From: Flaccisagitta enflata
Lineage: Eukaryota
Direction of reading: 5' to 3'
Assembly (NCBI GenBank): GCA_965153355.1
Contig: OZ231126.1
Span: 44,888,001 to 44,952,000, forward strand
DNA: 64,000 nucleotides
The notes under the pieces are model-generated. The model saw only the letters and a program-made list of their open reading frames with translations. It ran no database searches and was not told the origin of the DNA. Within the stretch, counting starts at the first letter, position 1; every line of letters begins with the position of its first letter. Shown here piece after piece: positions 27,810 to 41,247 of the stretch. Both the position numbers and the translations under genes were made by a program.

Positions 27810-28225
27810 TCCTCTAGCTGTTGTCTTATGTACAGAGGTAGAATAGCAACCTGTGAAACGACGTAAGATACAATTCACATGTCTTTCCTCCCTCTCTACT
27901 CATTCCTCAATCCACTTCCCAATCTACATCATTCTCTTCTCCCTATCCTCCTTATCCCTTCTTTTAATCTATTTCTTTTCTTTCTCTTCCTTTTCGTCCT
28001 CGTCGTCTTTTCCCTTTCGTTTTTGCTTCTAATCTGGCTCCAATCTGTTTCCGTTTGAGGACCTTTGACTTGAGTAATTACCCCTTGTAAAAATGAAGCT
28101 CTTGGTTTTATATGAGCGTTTTTCTTTGAGGAGAAAGAAAACGCGAAATCTTTTCCCTTTTTCCTTTTTTCTGGCGCAATTTCCAAAAGAAAAAGAAATG
28201 GAATGAGAGAAAGACAAAAAAAAAA

Positions 28226-28324
<99 letters not shown>

Positions 28325-28420
28325 CAGACAGACAGAGAAAGAGACTGAGTGACACAGACAGAGACACAGAGATAAAACAGACAGACAGACGGAAAGAAAG
28401 ATAGGTGTACAGTAGTAGTA

Positions 28421-28455
<35 letters not shown>

Positions 28456-28457
28456 CG

Positions 28458-29417
<960 letters not shown>

Positions 29418-29585
29418 AAGTCGTAGTCGGGGTAGTGGTAGTAGTAGTAGTGGCGTATCTTCGTCGTGATCGTCTATTTCGTCAATGTCGTGGTTGCTCT
29501 TTACAGAGTTACGTTGTCATTTTCTTTTTTTATGAATTCTGCCACCTTGTGGCGCACGAAAGAGCTTTTTTATTTGCGCTCCTTT

Positions 29586-29620
<35 letters not shown>

Positions 29621-29933
29621 GCAATCTCTTTAATAGGATCTCCCTTTTAATTTGGCTCATGTTTTAATCACTTAACCCTTTTATCGAATTGCCGCTTTAG
29701 AGTTATTGCATTCCAAACTGCTGGGATGTCGCGCTGCGCTAATAATTTGAGAGGCAAAAAGTTAATGAGAGAATTTTTCCAACTGAGTCATTATATACGT
29801 CGCTTCTAATTTTCTTTCTGTCTCTGATCCTCGTTAATTTTTATTTGCTTTTTAATTTTCACAAATTTTCCACTTGTTTGATTCAAATTTTCGGTACACC
29901 TGGGTCTGATGGATTTTTTCGAGCGTGTGAACG

Positions 29934-30118
<185 letters not shown>

Positions 30119-30939
30119 GCGTGTGCACGCGCGTGTGCGAGCGTGTGCGTGTGTATATGTAAAAGAGCGCATCTCCGTCTAAGTTACCGCGACTTACTTG
30201 GTTTTTGTTGCGCGCGGCCCTGTTTCCCGCTCAAGACAATTTTGTTAACCGGGTCGCTGTTTTAAGTCGAATTTGCAGTGTCGAATTTGCAGTGTCGAAT
30301 TTGCCGTGTCGGTCCATCGGCCGGTCGTTCGGTTGGTCAGTCGGTCGTCCCATTGGTCCGTTGGTAATTTTTTGTTGGTCGGTCGGTAACCTTTTGTTTT
30401 TTTGCTCTACTGCCCTTGCCCAAACCTCCGCGACTGGAGGTCCGTGTATACGTCTTTGAGGCGCGGACCCGGTTGGTCTGGTAAAAAAAAATCTGAAAAA
30501 AGGCCCGTATTCATCATACATTTCATCAGTAGGGTGAAGACCTCTGTTGTTGTCATTATCAGAAATGAAAGAAAATGATTTTAAAATACTGAAATATTAT
30601 ACCATATCTACGACAGATCTGTCATATGCGCTAAAGCGGGGTGTTCACTGTTCACTTTGAATTATTAATCCAAAAAGAAAGCAACGTCGAGCCAAAATCT
30701 TCATCTCAACCTAAACGGCGCCCATTAAGTAATTTCGCCGAGATTCTTTGACTCTTTATTCCGACGATGAGATTGAGGTCGACTTCGCCTTCATCCAACC
30801 AAGTCGTCAATTGAGGTCGTCCTCAACGTCCTCCGCTTCACCGGCTCGGCGTCGTCCTCGTCGATTGAGGTCCCCTTCACCATCGTTTGCGTGTCGAAGG
30901 GGTCGAAACCGCCGGCGCCGATTAGATATAGAATACAGC

Positions 30940-32049
30940 GTATATGATGTTTATTCACACAAAAGTGTAGTACAGGCAAAATTATAAATAAGGATCAAGT
31001 ACAGGCAAAAAGAGAAATAGTTATGAGACAAATTAAGTCATAAATGATCAAAAGTTAGTCAAAAGAATTAACCTCTTCACGGAGATTCACGTTTAGATTC
31101 AGCTGGCCAGCAATGAAACTCTCGTTAATGAGTCTGCTGAGGAATCAAGAAGTCGACTTCGGAATTTTTTCTGCCGCTTCTCAGTGAGCTCTTCCCACGT
31201 TGGTCGATGTAGACAGTGCTGCAAGTCAGTGACGCTTTCTCGTAGAGAGTAGCAAAACAGCTTCCGGTATGCAGCGTTGTATGCCACCCGAATTTTTCGT
31301 CTCTCGTCCCTGTCTCTAACATGCACTATTTCAATGCCATATGTCAGAATTGAAATACAATGCGCTTCAACCAATTTCAGCATCACCATGTCGTTAGATC
31401 GGCCTTCTACTCGGAGGAGAGCGTTTAGAGCACGGTAATATTTGGCTATCATTTCTTGGGTACAACACCCAAAGTTGACGCCCGATTTCAATGTGATTCC
31501 TAGATATTTCCATCGTGATTCCCACGGAATGAGATCGTTGTTTAAGCAGACTGAGTGCTGTGGGGCTGACTTGCATCCAAAGAAAAGATTTTTTGTTTTC
31601 TTCGTGTTGAGACGTATGTCCCACTCGGTACAGTATTGACTGCATAAGTTGAGCAATTTTTGCAGTCCCTTCAGTGACGGCGCCAGAACTGCCATGTCAT
31701 CGGCGTAAAACAGAGCACCAGCGAAAGTTCGAATGAGATGGCAACCAACGCCGGAGGCAGTTAGGATCAGAATGAGATCGTCAACATATATACTGTAGAG
31801 GTCTGGTGACAATACTCCGCCTTGTCTCACCCCTGCCATTATTGGGAACCAGTCACTCACATGGTCATCCCAACGCACACGACACCAGAGACCATTGTGC
31901 CAAGTGATAAGAACGGCGAGAAAGCTGAGTGGAACTTTCTTTTTCATCAGTTTGATAAACAGCCCCGCATGGACGAGTCTGTCAAACGCCTTACTTGCGT
32001 CCAGGAAAGAGCAATAGACTTTGCTACCATTATTGACGTAGTATTCCAC
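30940..32049 (-). mobile_element. 5'-truncated non-LTR retrotransposon (LINE): reverse transcriptase C-terminal part plus 3' UTR
   Basis: Uninterrupted 316-codon frame (31099-32049) with FLDASKAFD, GVRQGGVLSP, YADD and KYLG, followed by an AT-rich UTR ending near GTGAATAAA. Clade not resolved by eye. Confidence 0.92.
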
Positions 32050-33302
32050 TTACTGCCTTTGGGCTGCTATTGAATGTGGTGTGATGGGGTGTGGTGTGTG
32101 TTTGTATGTGCAAGCTTGACCCTACAACGCGGACACGACTGGTTGGATCTCGTCTCTTCAAGCTATCTGAGACAGAAGTATAACTTGGCTTCTATTTGCG
32201 TTCAACATTAAACTCGAAAACACGCCTGTGATATATAAATATGAATACAAAACCTTTATCTTTGCTCTGTGAAATATGTTCTCCTCATTCTGCTGTAACT
32301 ATTTGATTTGAAATCGTTAACATTGATTTATGACTGTATTTCTGCTTAGAGGCCTCGGCCTAACGCATTTACCTTGTTCCACCTTTTCATTTGCAGATTT
32401 TGGCCTCCAATACCTTGATTCTGACCAGATTTGGGCCTCAGCCTGAGAGTCTCAGGACAGACGGAAGGACGGACGTCTCGAAATTCCCCCCTGTGTTCTA
32501 CGGGACATCGGCCCTTTGGGGCCGCTGCCCTGCTCTCACTCCACTTCTTCACTGGATCACTCTCAGCAGGGCATCGGGTATGGCTGACCATGTGCGATCC
32601 TTGGATGACTAGTTCTTCTCCGACCTCCCCCCCTCTTGCAGGCTGAATTTTGAAAAACTCTGCCTCAATGTCTATGATAAAAAATGGAGCACCGACTGCA
32701 AGTAAATATGATAAAACTAAATATGATAAAACCTTAAAAATCATCATGGATCAGACTAAAAATCAAAGGCAAAAATAGGTAAAGTACATTACTTTTGCAA
32801 TGCTATTTCTCTGTATCAACTTGATTCTCATGGCTGAAACTCTTCGATATGATGCATGGAAACTCAAATCAACCAAACCATCTTGCAAAAAGCTGCTAAG
32901 AAGAAAAAAAAAGTCCAATTCAAGCTTTTTTATGGAAAACTTTTTTTCAATACAGGTAGTACTGCCAAACTCCTTTTGATCTAAGAAAATTAGGCCAATT
33001 GAAAACGAGCCATTGAAATAGTTAAAAAAAAACACAAGGCTTGATAACAGGGTGAACAAAAAATTTGGTATTCACATATCATTACAGAAACCATACTTGA
33101 ACATGGCCCTGTATGATGATATTTGAAAAACAATCTTACAATTAGGCCCACTTAATGTTAAAGTGCATAATGTTAAAGTGCATAGGTTTTGCAGTCAACT
33201 TTCCTGGTTGACAAAAAAAGGTGGTTAGGCTGAAGGTATGTTCTCCAATTTCACAAAATTTTTACCGGGGAAGATGTGGCATGTGATCATATGCAGCTGA
33301 TA

Positions 33303-35632
33303 ATAAAAAAAGGCGCAGTCAGTCTTCGACTTTTTGACATATTTGAGAGAAACAGGGTTTTCATTTTCTCATGGGAAAGTCAAGAGACTCATCCGGCTGA
33401 TTGGTCCCTCAAACAAAATTGATAGGGTAAGTAAATTTGATAATCCTCTTTCATTTGGCGCCAACCAGAATGCTCTACAACAAATATTTTTTGCGTTAAA
33501 AACAGCCCTGAAAATAGAGCAGGCCCGCAGGCCCAAGGCCCGCAAGTTGGCTGTTGGGCCCGCTTATCGAACTAGCTGAAGGCCCAACGGACCCGCAGCA
33601 ATTTTGCTTGGTATCCTTGAATCAAAATTTGATATATTCTTGTATTCTTATGGCGAACTGTCATTTTGATCTGAGATAAGATTGTTACAAACAGGCTGGA
33701 CTTATGAATTTTTTAAGATTTATTTACAAAAAATTCAAATAGAATCTTTTTTTTATTTCTTATGATTCTAATTACCATCTTGGTCAAAAATATCGTCTCA
33801 CCTTTATAGCTAATTTGAGATAAAACTACTTAAAAAACCATATTAAAATCAGTGACCATTGGAAAGAGCTTGAAAAAATCTTCAAAATGCCACACATGAA
33901 GTTCAGCAGCTCAGGTCGTTTAGATTTTAGAGCCAAAAGAGTAAAAGGGGTGGCTAAAAAAGCCTAATGGTGAAATTTGTTTACATAGAAATGAATGACC
34001 ATCTTGGTTTTCTTTTTGGTTGCTAGGGAAAAGCTAAAAAATGCAGCAACCGCCGCTCAGTCAAACAGATCTGCAATCTCAGATTTCCTAGAAACCCCGG
34101 CCAATATTTTGGTGAAACACTCCTAAAAACAAAAGAACACTGGGGTGTGATTATATAAGCGAAACAATTTAGGGGGTGGTGCAAAGATGACAATTTTGCT
34201 ATTAAAAAGCTTGTTTTCTCTTTTTACTAACTCTAGAAATGAAAATCCAACAGGCCTCACTTGTTTTTCAACCTTTATCTTTGTTACACATTTCAATCAA
34301 ATCAAAATCAAAGTTTTGCTATGGTTTAACAAATATACTGCAATATGCAAATTGGTTTTGAAACTTATGAAATGACCTGTCTTCCAATCTTCAGTGCTGA
34401 AATGACCCTGCCCATAGCCCCTGCCCATTGGAAATACCATCTTATTAGGGCCATTGCCACTGCCTCTGCCTGAGATCCAACTGCTAACATGATCTCAATC
34501 ACTCACCACCCCTTTTCCCACTACTATACCACCCTCTCTCTTCTTCTACAATATTGACCCTACTTAGATAGTTGTCAGTGCTGCTGCCACTGCCTCCGCC
34601 GCCGCCGCCGCCTCTGCCTCTGCTACAACAAATCTGTCTACATGATCTCAATCTCCCGCCGCCGCCTCCTCCATTTGTTTTGTATCATGGGTATTTTCAG
34701 TGTAGAGATTACTTTCAGCTGCTACTATCTCTTTAACGCTGCCGCCGCCTCCTCCTCCTGCTGCTGCTGCTGCTCCTCCTCCTCCTCCGCCGCCGCCGCC
34801 GCCGCCGCCTCCACTCCTCCTCGTCCTTCTCCAGACCAATAAAGGAGTGTATTTATGTTTGTTTCAGCATGCAAATACAAGAAAACATATCTATGGGCAT
34901 AGCTGTTCATCTGTGAGGGTGTTTTTGAGTATTTTAACTCATTTAGCTCATTCAGCTCATTCTTTTTTTTCTGATTTTAAATGCAATAAATCAATGAATA
35001 TCTTTATACATGCTTAAGCTAGCAGATATAAGAAAACATGTCAGTGAGCAGAGCTGCTCATCTGTGAGGCCGTTTTAAAGTATTCTAGCTTATTTAGCTT
35101 ATTTGGCTTTTTTAGTTTAGTCTTTTTTTCTGCTTTCAAATAGGATGAATAATTGTTCTTATTGAGCAAGCAAATACAAAATAGTCGCAAAAGCGTTAGA
35201 TGGTCAGCGGTACCCATGCCCTGCTTAGGTGGTGGTTAAAGTTGAGGGGGGGGGCAGGGCAGCGGCTCCAAAGGGGTCAATGACCTATGCTTTCACACAT
35301 ATGGGGAATTTTCTCCTCCTCCTCCTCCTCCTTCTCCTCCGCACCTCCCCTCCCCCCACCCTCCGGACCCATATCTCAGCCTCTAGGCCCATATCCCACC
35401 CTCGAGGCCCAAATCCCAGCCTTGAGGCCCAAATCGCTTGAGGTTGGATTTGGACTTTGAGGTTGGGATTTGAGCCTGGAGGTTGGGATTTTCAGCGCAA
35501 TCAATTCATATGATTGCACTTGATTTTACCTAATGAATAGAAGAAAATGATGGGACTGGATATAAAAGTTTGGTGAAAAGTGACCAATACTTGCAACTTT
35601 TTGCCTCACAGCAACAGCCGCCATTACTGGTA
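33303..35632 (+). mobile_element. Helitron/Helentron-like element, copy 3, expanded by extra internal sequence
   Basis: 33303-33490 matches the 5' part and 34840-35200 plus 35495-35632 match the 3' part of copy 1. Confidence 0.65.
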
Positions 35633-36524
35633 TACAGACTTGTATTTCAAAGTGGTGAAGGAAGACCAATATACTTTTATCAAACAGGACAACCCTAATG
35701 TCTCAATATTTGGTCTAAGGGCTTTCAAATACATGCATAAACAATATTCTATCTATCATCTATTTTTGTTTGTCCATTACAGCCAACATTTTTGGGAACT
35801 ACTGCAAAAGGGACTTTCCTGCTCTTTATCGCTCATTTTTCAAAAATTTTTGCTCCTAATTTTTTATGAATATTCAATAATGGTGAATTGACATAATTTA
35901 CATTGTCTTTAATGGAAAAGTTTCTGTAAAGGATGGCTTTTGCATGCTTTCCCAAAAAATACCAAATTTTTTGCACATCCTGTTAGTAATGAAGAAAGTG
36001 AAAAAAAACATTGAAACAACAACCACATCAAAGCATTGAAGGACCAAGACTTTCTAAAAATTCACTTCCTAACCGTGTTTTAACAAGAAACAATTCAGGC
36101 ATCAAGACCATTTTAACAAGATCAAGAACCTAGAAAAATATACTCCAAAAAACTATAAAAATATACTCCAAAAAAAAATAACGACACAAAATAAATATAA
36201 GAACAACCTCGTCAAAGCATCAAAGATCAAGAACTTGTATACATTGGAAACCAAACCTCTTGACACATGTTCAACAATAAGACCGAGAATGATCTGCTTT
36301 TTATACATTATCTTATTCCACTATTTAGTTCAAATTTTTGTCATTTTTAGTCGTGGACACGCAACTCTCCACCTAACTGCGTAAGTCAGTTGGTCTGTCT
36401 CTCCGTTAGCAACATTTTTAGTCGCGTGCTATGCAACTCTATAAGCCACTTTTCGGTCTGTCGGTCTGTCGGTCCATCCGTAGGTTGGTCTGTCACAAAG
36501 TTGTTCAAAGGGCGTTTTACACTA

Positions 36525-37647
36525 CTATCTTGCTAAAAAGTATATAGACAAGACTACATACAGTCCAATTATTTATCATTGAATAACTATGGCAAAATAA
36601 AAAAGCGAACAACTTGTTTGTCAATGTTTCACATCCAAGCAATGAGAAAAACATAGCAAAATCCATGACCATTTTGAAGATCTGCGAAAGATCTTTCAAG
36701 TGAGACCTTGCTGGATGTTCTAGCTCTATCCGTTTAGAAATGGCATTAGAATGAAGACAGGTGTTCAAGAGGTTGGAAACTCACTACACCATTTTCATGG
36801 GTTATCTTTATTCTAACATAAAAATTAAACGCACAAAGTTATTATTTCGTTCTTGGCGCCATTTTAAAGAAAATTTGAAGCTCTTTAATTTGCTCATGGA
36901 TAACAAATAGCTACTATAATCCTGAGCTGCATAATTGACAAAAACAGAAAGACTAAAATTCATCATTGGAAAAGAATTGAAACAAGCACTTTTTTCAATC
37001 AGCGATTGCTTTCTTCAAACCATTACCATTTCTAAACGAATAAAGCTACAATCACCAGCAACGTCGCATTTGATTTTTTGCAGAGCTTTAAAACGGTCAT
37101 GGATTTTCTATGGTTCAGGCCCATAGTTAGGCAGAAATTAGCAAAACAAAGTGTTCGCTTTTTTTCTTTGCCATAGTTACATTGGACATTTGTAAGACAT
37201 AACTAGTATTTTGTCCAACCTTCTGAGCATTAACTATGGCTATTGAGAGCCACAGCAGCCTTCCATTACGTGATTAAATGTAAGATGGAGTAACGTTCTC
37301 CTACACCTTGAGAACGATTCTTTTGAGCCTGAACATGCAGCTACAACTGTAGCTTCTGCATCTGACTTTATGACAATTTGATCAGATTGTTGTCTGGATT
37401 TTTTGCAGGCCAACTTTACACCAACGTGACGCCAACTTGACGGCAACACGTCACCCATTTTCTGCTTGGGGTAGCAATTTTGTTTTGCTTGTCATTTTTA
37501 AACAACTTAACTTAAAGCAATGGGGTTTGCACCAGTAGCTCGGAAATTTTTTTAAGTTTTTAGACACTGCTGATTTTCTTATGTTTGAATTATTTTTTGG
37601 GTAGTTATACCCGATAATGCTTGTCTATATACTTTTTAGCAAGATAG
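36525..37647. mobile_element. TA-flanked CTATCTTG MITE (about 1.1 kb)
   Basis: Perfect TIRs ctatcttgctaaaaagtatatagacaag / cttgtctatatactttttagcaagatag, plus internal inverted segments. Confidence 0.88.
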
Positions 37648-38457
37648 TATTTGAAGACAATATAAATGTCCTTTAAAATTTTTGAGACATTCATGAACCA
37701 TAGCAAATGTCCTCTAAACAAAATGTCTGTCTGCCTGACTTTTTTGAAAATGCCGACTTAGTTCTAATGACCTTGTTGAATGGCGAGCGGTTTTTGCATC
37801 ACTGCTCTGGCCCAACCTTCTAAAACTGGATTGCTGTGTATCCGGCATTGTTAAAATGAATTAAGCTAAAATGCCATTAATTTCGGAGATTTCAATGTAT
37901 ATTATGATTAAAGCAAAGAACATTTTCGCTACTTAAACTTTTGAGGGATTTTCGGACAATTTTTGTTTTCCCCAAATTTCAAGGTTTTGCATTCTTTTGG
38001 GATCTAAATTAGTCATTACCGAATCAAATTGTTTGGATTTTTTTGCGATTTTTCAAGCCATCATTATTATTGAGTAAGCAACCAGGACCAGTAGAACCAG
38101 TCTGATTTGAAAAGAGAAGTACTTATGACTTTTACTTCATTATCCCATGAAATCAGGTTTTTTTTTTTTGGCTGAAGTTTATTAATTTCTTGTAAAATCT
38201 TACTAAATGAAAGAAGGTTTATTTCTTGTTATGTAGCAAAACTAAGTCAAATTATCTACCACCAAACAACATTGACTATTAAAAGAAATATCATCTTAAC
38301 CTTTCCACCTTATTGTTGAACAGGTGCTGAGCCTACATTCAGTAATTTGTATGGCATGCTTTGATGCAAAACCCACTCAATGGGATCCAAGAAGAGCTTG
38401 ATCTTTCATATAAACATACTGGCATTATTTTGTTCCCTCATTTGATTATCTCTCATC

Positions 38458-38613
<156 letters not shown>

Positions 38614-38822
38614 CGATGTGCTTTGTTTGACCCAAAATCTGACTGAAGATCACAATTAATCAGAAGAACTCAATTCAAAAGAAGAACATAGATTTTCAGC
38701 AGGACACAATCATTCAGAAGAACACAATAAAAAACAACAATTCCCACATTTTTTCTCAAATTGCTGCACTTCTTCTTTCAAATATCTTCTTTGTATGACA
38801 ACATATGACTATTATTTACAGT

Positions 38823-39167
38823 GGGTGTGTTAAAACTATCAGCAACAGAGGCATTTATCACTATTTAATAATACGTTTAAGTAGGTTCTTGTTGGTTGGT
38901 GAGTGTTTTTTCTTTCTTTTTTAAGTGAAGGGTGATTTTTCTGCATGGTTCAGCGTGATCATTTGTCCAGCGTGATCATTTGTCCATGAATTCCAACTGT
39001 ACCACGAGGGAGTTAGCGAAGTGAGCAACCCCTTAATGCAACAAGCAAACAAAGCAAGCCTATTGCTGTGGACCAAGGAAGTGAAGAGCGTGGGGCTAGC
39101 AAACAAACAGAGCAAAGTATCAAGTGGTTATTTGAAAAAGGTGATTGTTATGAGTAAAAACAGGCCC
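38823..39167. mobile_element. Degenerate PIF/Harbinger-type MITE just upstream of the glycosyltransferase
   Basis: Ends gggtgtgtt...aaacaggccc; interior ccacgagggagttagcgaagtgagc is the reverse complement of the 48130-48150/48925 core. Confidence 0.6.
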
Positions 39168-39333
39168 TTTCACAGATCTGAATCTCAATTTCTTAAAGGA
39201 GGATGAGTTTATATGAATGTTAAGCAGACAAATCTTTAAAAAAAGCTATCCAGAAAATATCCAAAAGCGGGAAAACCTAACAACAAACTAACTGCAAAAG
39301 CGTCTAAAATTACTTAAAAATCGACCATTCAAA

Positions 39334-40161
39334 ATGCGTAAATATAAAAGATTCCGATTCCTAATCATCTTTTTCTTTTTCATAGTTGCAGGAACATATT
39401 TCTATATCAACAACACCAGCAGTAACAGCATTTCAACTAGTAAGACTGATTTTTTGATCTGTATGTTCTTAACAGCTGGATTAAACAAGGAGGCTGAAAA
39501 TTCAATTGCGTCACTATCCAATCAAAAGTTGCATGACAAATTAGTTGTATCCGCTTTAGATAATGAAGCCTTTGATCATATTAATGGGTTGGGCATTAGG
39601 GTTGTTAAACGGGATACCAATTTGAAAAAAATAGCTGACTTTAGAACCAAGGAATATAATGACATACTACTAAACAAGCTGGATATAATTTTAGAACATC
39701 TTAAGATTGACAGGAAGATTGTCGTTTATTCTGATACTGATGTAGTTTTCTTGGACGATTTATTTGACGATATTGAAAGATTCAAAAACAGCGACTATGA
39801 CATGATGATTCAAAATGACGTTCCTAGTTTTGATGAATTTGACAAAAGCAATCTGTGTGCTGGATTTATGTTTCTCAAACCAAATAAAAAAGTGATAGAA
39901 ATCATCAAAAAATCTCAAAAAAAGGCCCTAGAGAGATACATGAATGATCAACAATGTTTGAATGAAGTGCTAAAAAATGATGATTCTATAAGATATGATG
40001 TATTGAACTTGAGAGATTTTCCCAATGGCAAACGGTATTTTGATCATGTAAATAGTGTCTTTAAAGAATATACACCAAAAATTGTTCATAATAATTGGTC
40101 ATTTAAAACAGCAGATAAAGTAGTGAGATTCAAAAAACATAATCTTTGGTTTATACAGTAG
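39334..40161 (+). CDS. Intronless nucleotide-diphospho-sugar transferase (GT77-like, GT-A fold), type II membrane glycosyltransferase, 275 aa
   Basis: Basic N-terminus followed by a transmembrane segment (FLIIFFFFIVAGTYFYI), DxD motif YSDTDVVFL, NLCAGFMFL, NDQQCLN, FPNG, VHNNW and KVVRFKKHNLW. These occur in the order typical of the RGXT/AgtA-type family. Confidence 0.9.
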   Translation: MRKYKRFRFLIIFFFFIVAGTYFYINNTSSNSISTSKTDFLICMFLTAGLNKEAENSIASLSNQKLHDKLVVSALDNEAFDHINGLGIRVVKRDTNLKKIADFRTKEYNDILLNKLDIILEHLKIDRKIVVYSDTDVVFLDDLFDDIERFKNSDYDMMIQNDVPSFDEFDKSNLCAGFMFLKPNKKVIEIIKKSQKKALERYMNDQQCLNEVLKNDDSIRYDVLNLRDFPNGKRYFDHVNSVFKEYTPKIVHNNWSFKTADKVVRFKKHNLWFIQ

Positions 40162-40732
40162 ATTCAGTCTAGATTTGAGATAACAGGGCAAGCATTATGG
40201 AAAAACAAATGAAGGAAAAACAAATGAAGCTAGAGAAGTGATATTTGAATCTTAAGATGATCTAAGGATGCTTTATTCCTCATGGTATCTGGTTGCCATG
40301 GAAACACATTTCTGTGTTTTCCTTCTAAAATATCAATATTTTCAGAGACTTTTTGAGGGAACATTGCAAAGTATCAAATTTGCAACAACTTTCCCACAGT
40401 ATGTTCTGTAAGAATATCACCTGTTTGGCAGTTGCCAGGGGCCATCACATATAAATACGCTCCCTAGCAACAGCTAAATGAGCAATATTGTCTCAGAACA
40501 TACTGTGGGAAAGTTTTTGCATATATGATTTTTAAATATTATTCCTTAGAAAATTTCTCAAAATATTGACATTTTACCAGTAACAAACAGAAATGTGTCT
40601 CCATGGCAAACAGATAGCATGGGCAATAAAGCATTCTTTGATTAGTGTCTGACTCAAATATCACTTCTCTGGCTCCATTGGTTTTCCTGTAATGCTTGCC
40701 CCTGTTATCTATAGTCAAGACAGAATCTACTG
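40156..40732. mobile_element. Tc1/mariner(pogo)-type fold-back MITE with long degenerate inverted arms
   Basis: TA-CAGTAGATTC...GAATCTACTG-TA. The arms (about 40156-40420 and 40485-40732) are reverse complements, sharing acagggcaagcatta, agagaagtgatatttga and aactttcccacagtatgttctg. Confidence 0.88.
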
Positions 40733-41247
40733 TACCACTTTGGAAGTGACTTGAGTAAGAGCATGCATGCATGTAAGAGCTTGCATGTTTCAGACTTAGA
40801 ATCAACTCAAACAGTTAGTATCTGTAAATGTAAAGGTAAATTGCACTTGAGACATTTGACCAGAAAATCGATCACATCGTCAGTACATAATTCAATGTAG
40901 GCATTTTTAACATCAATGACAGTGAGAATTAATGCACAAAGAACAAGGAATATACGCATCAAGATAACGATAAAGTATGACGTAAGTAAAGCGCTCGGAG
41001 AATTCTAAGGCCATTCGCTGAGAAACGCGTTTCCATTTTTTCGCGTTATCATTTATTTTCCCTTTTTTTCTCTCTTTCTTTCTCTTTCTTTTGGTTTATT
41101 TTCCATATCTCTGGTTTTCCTTTTTACCAAACAAGCGAGTGCACTACTGGCCATAATAACAGAATAGTGAAGCAATACGAGAAACTTGGAAGCTAATTGT
41201 TTGCCAATTTTTCAGATAGACTGACACAAAACGACACCTCCCACAAT

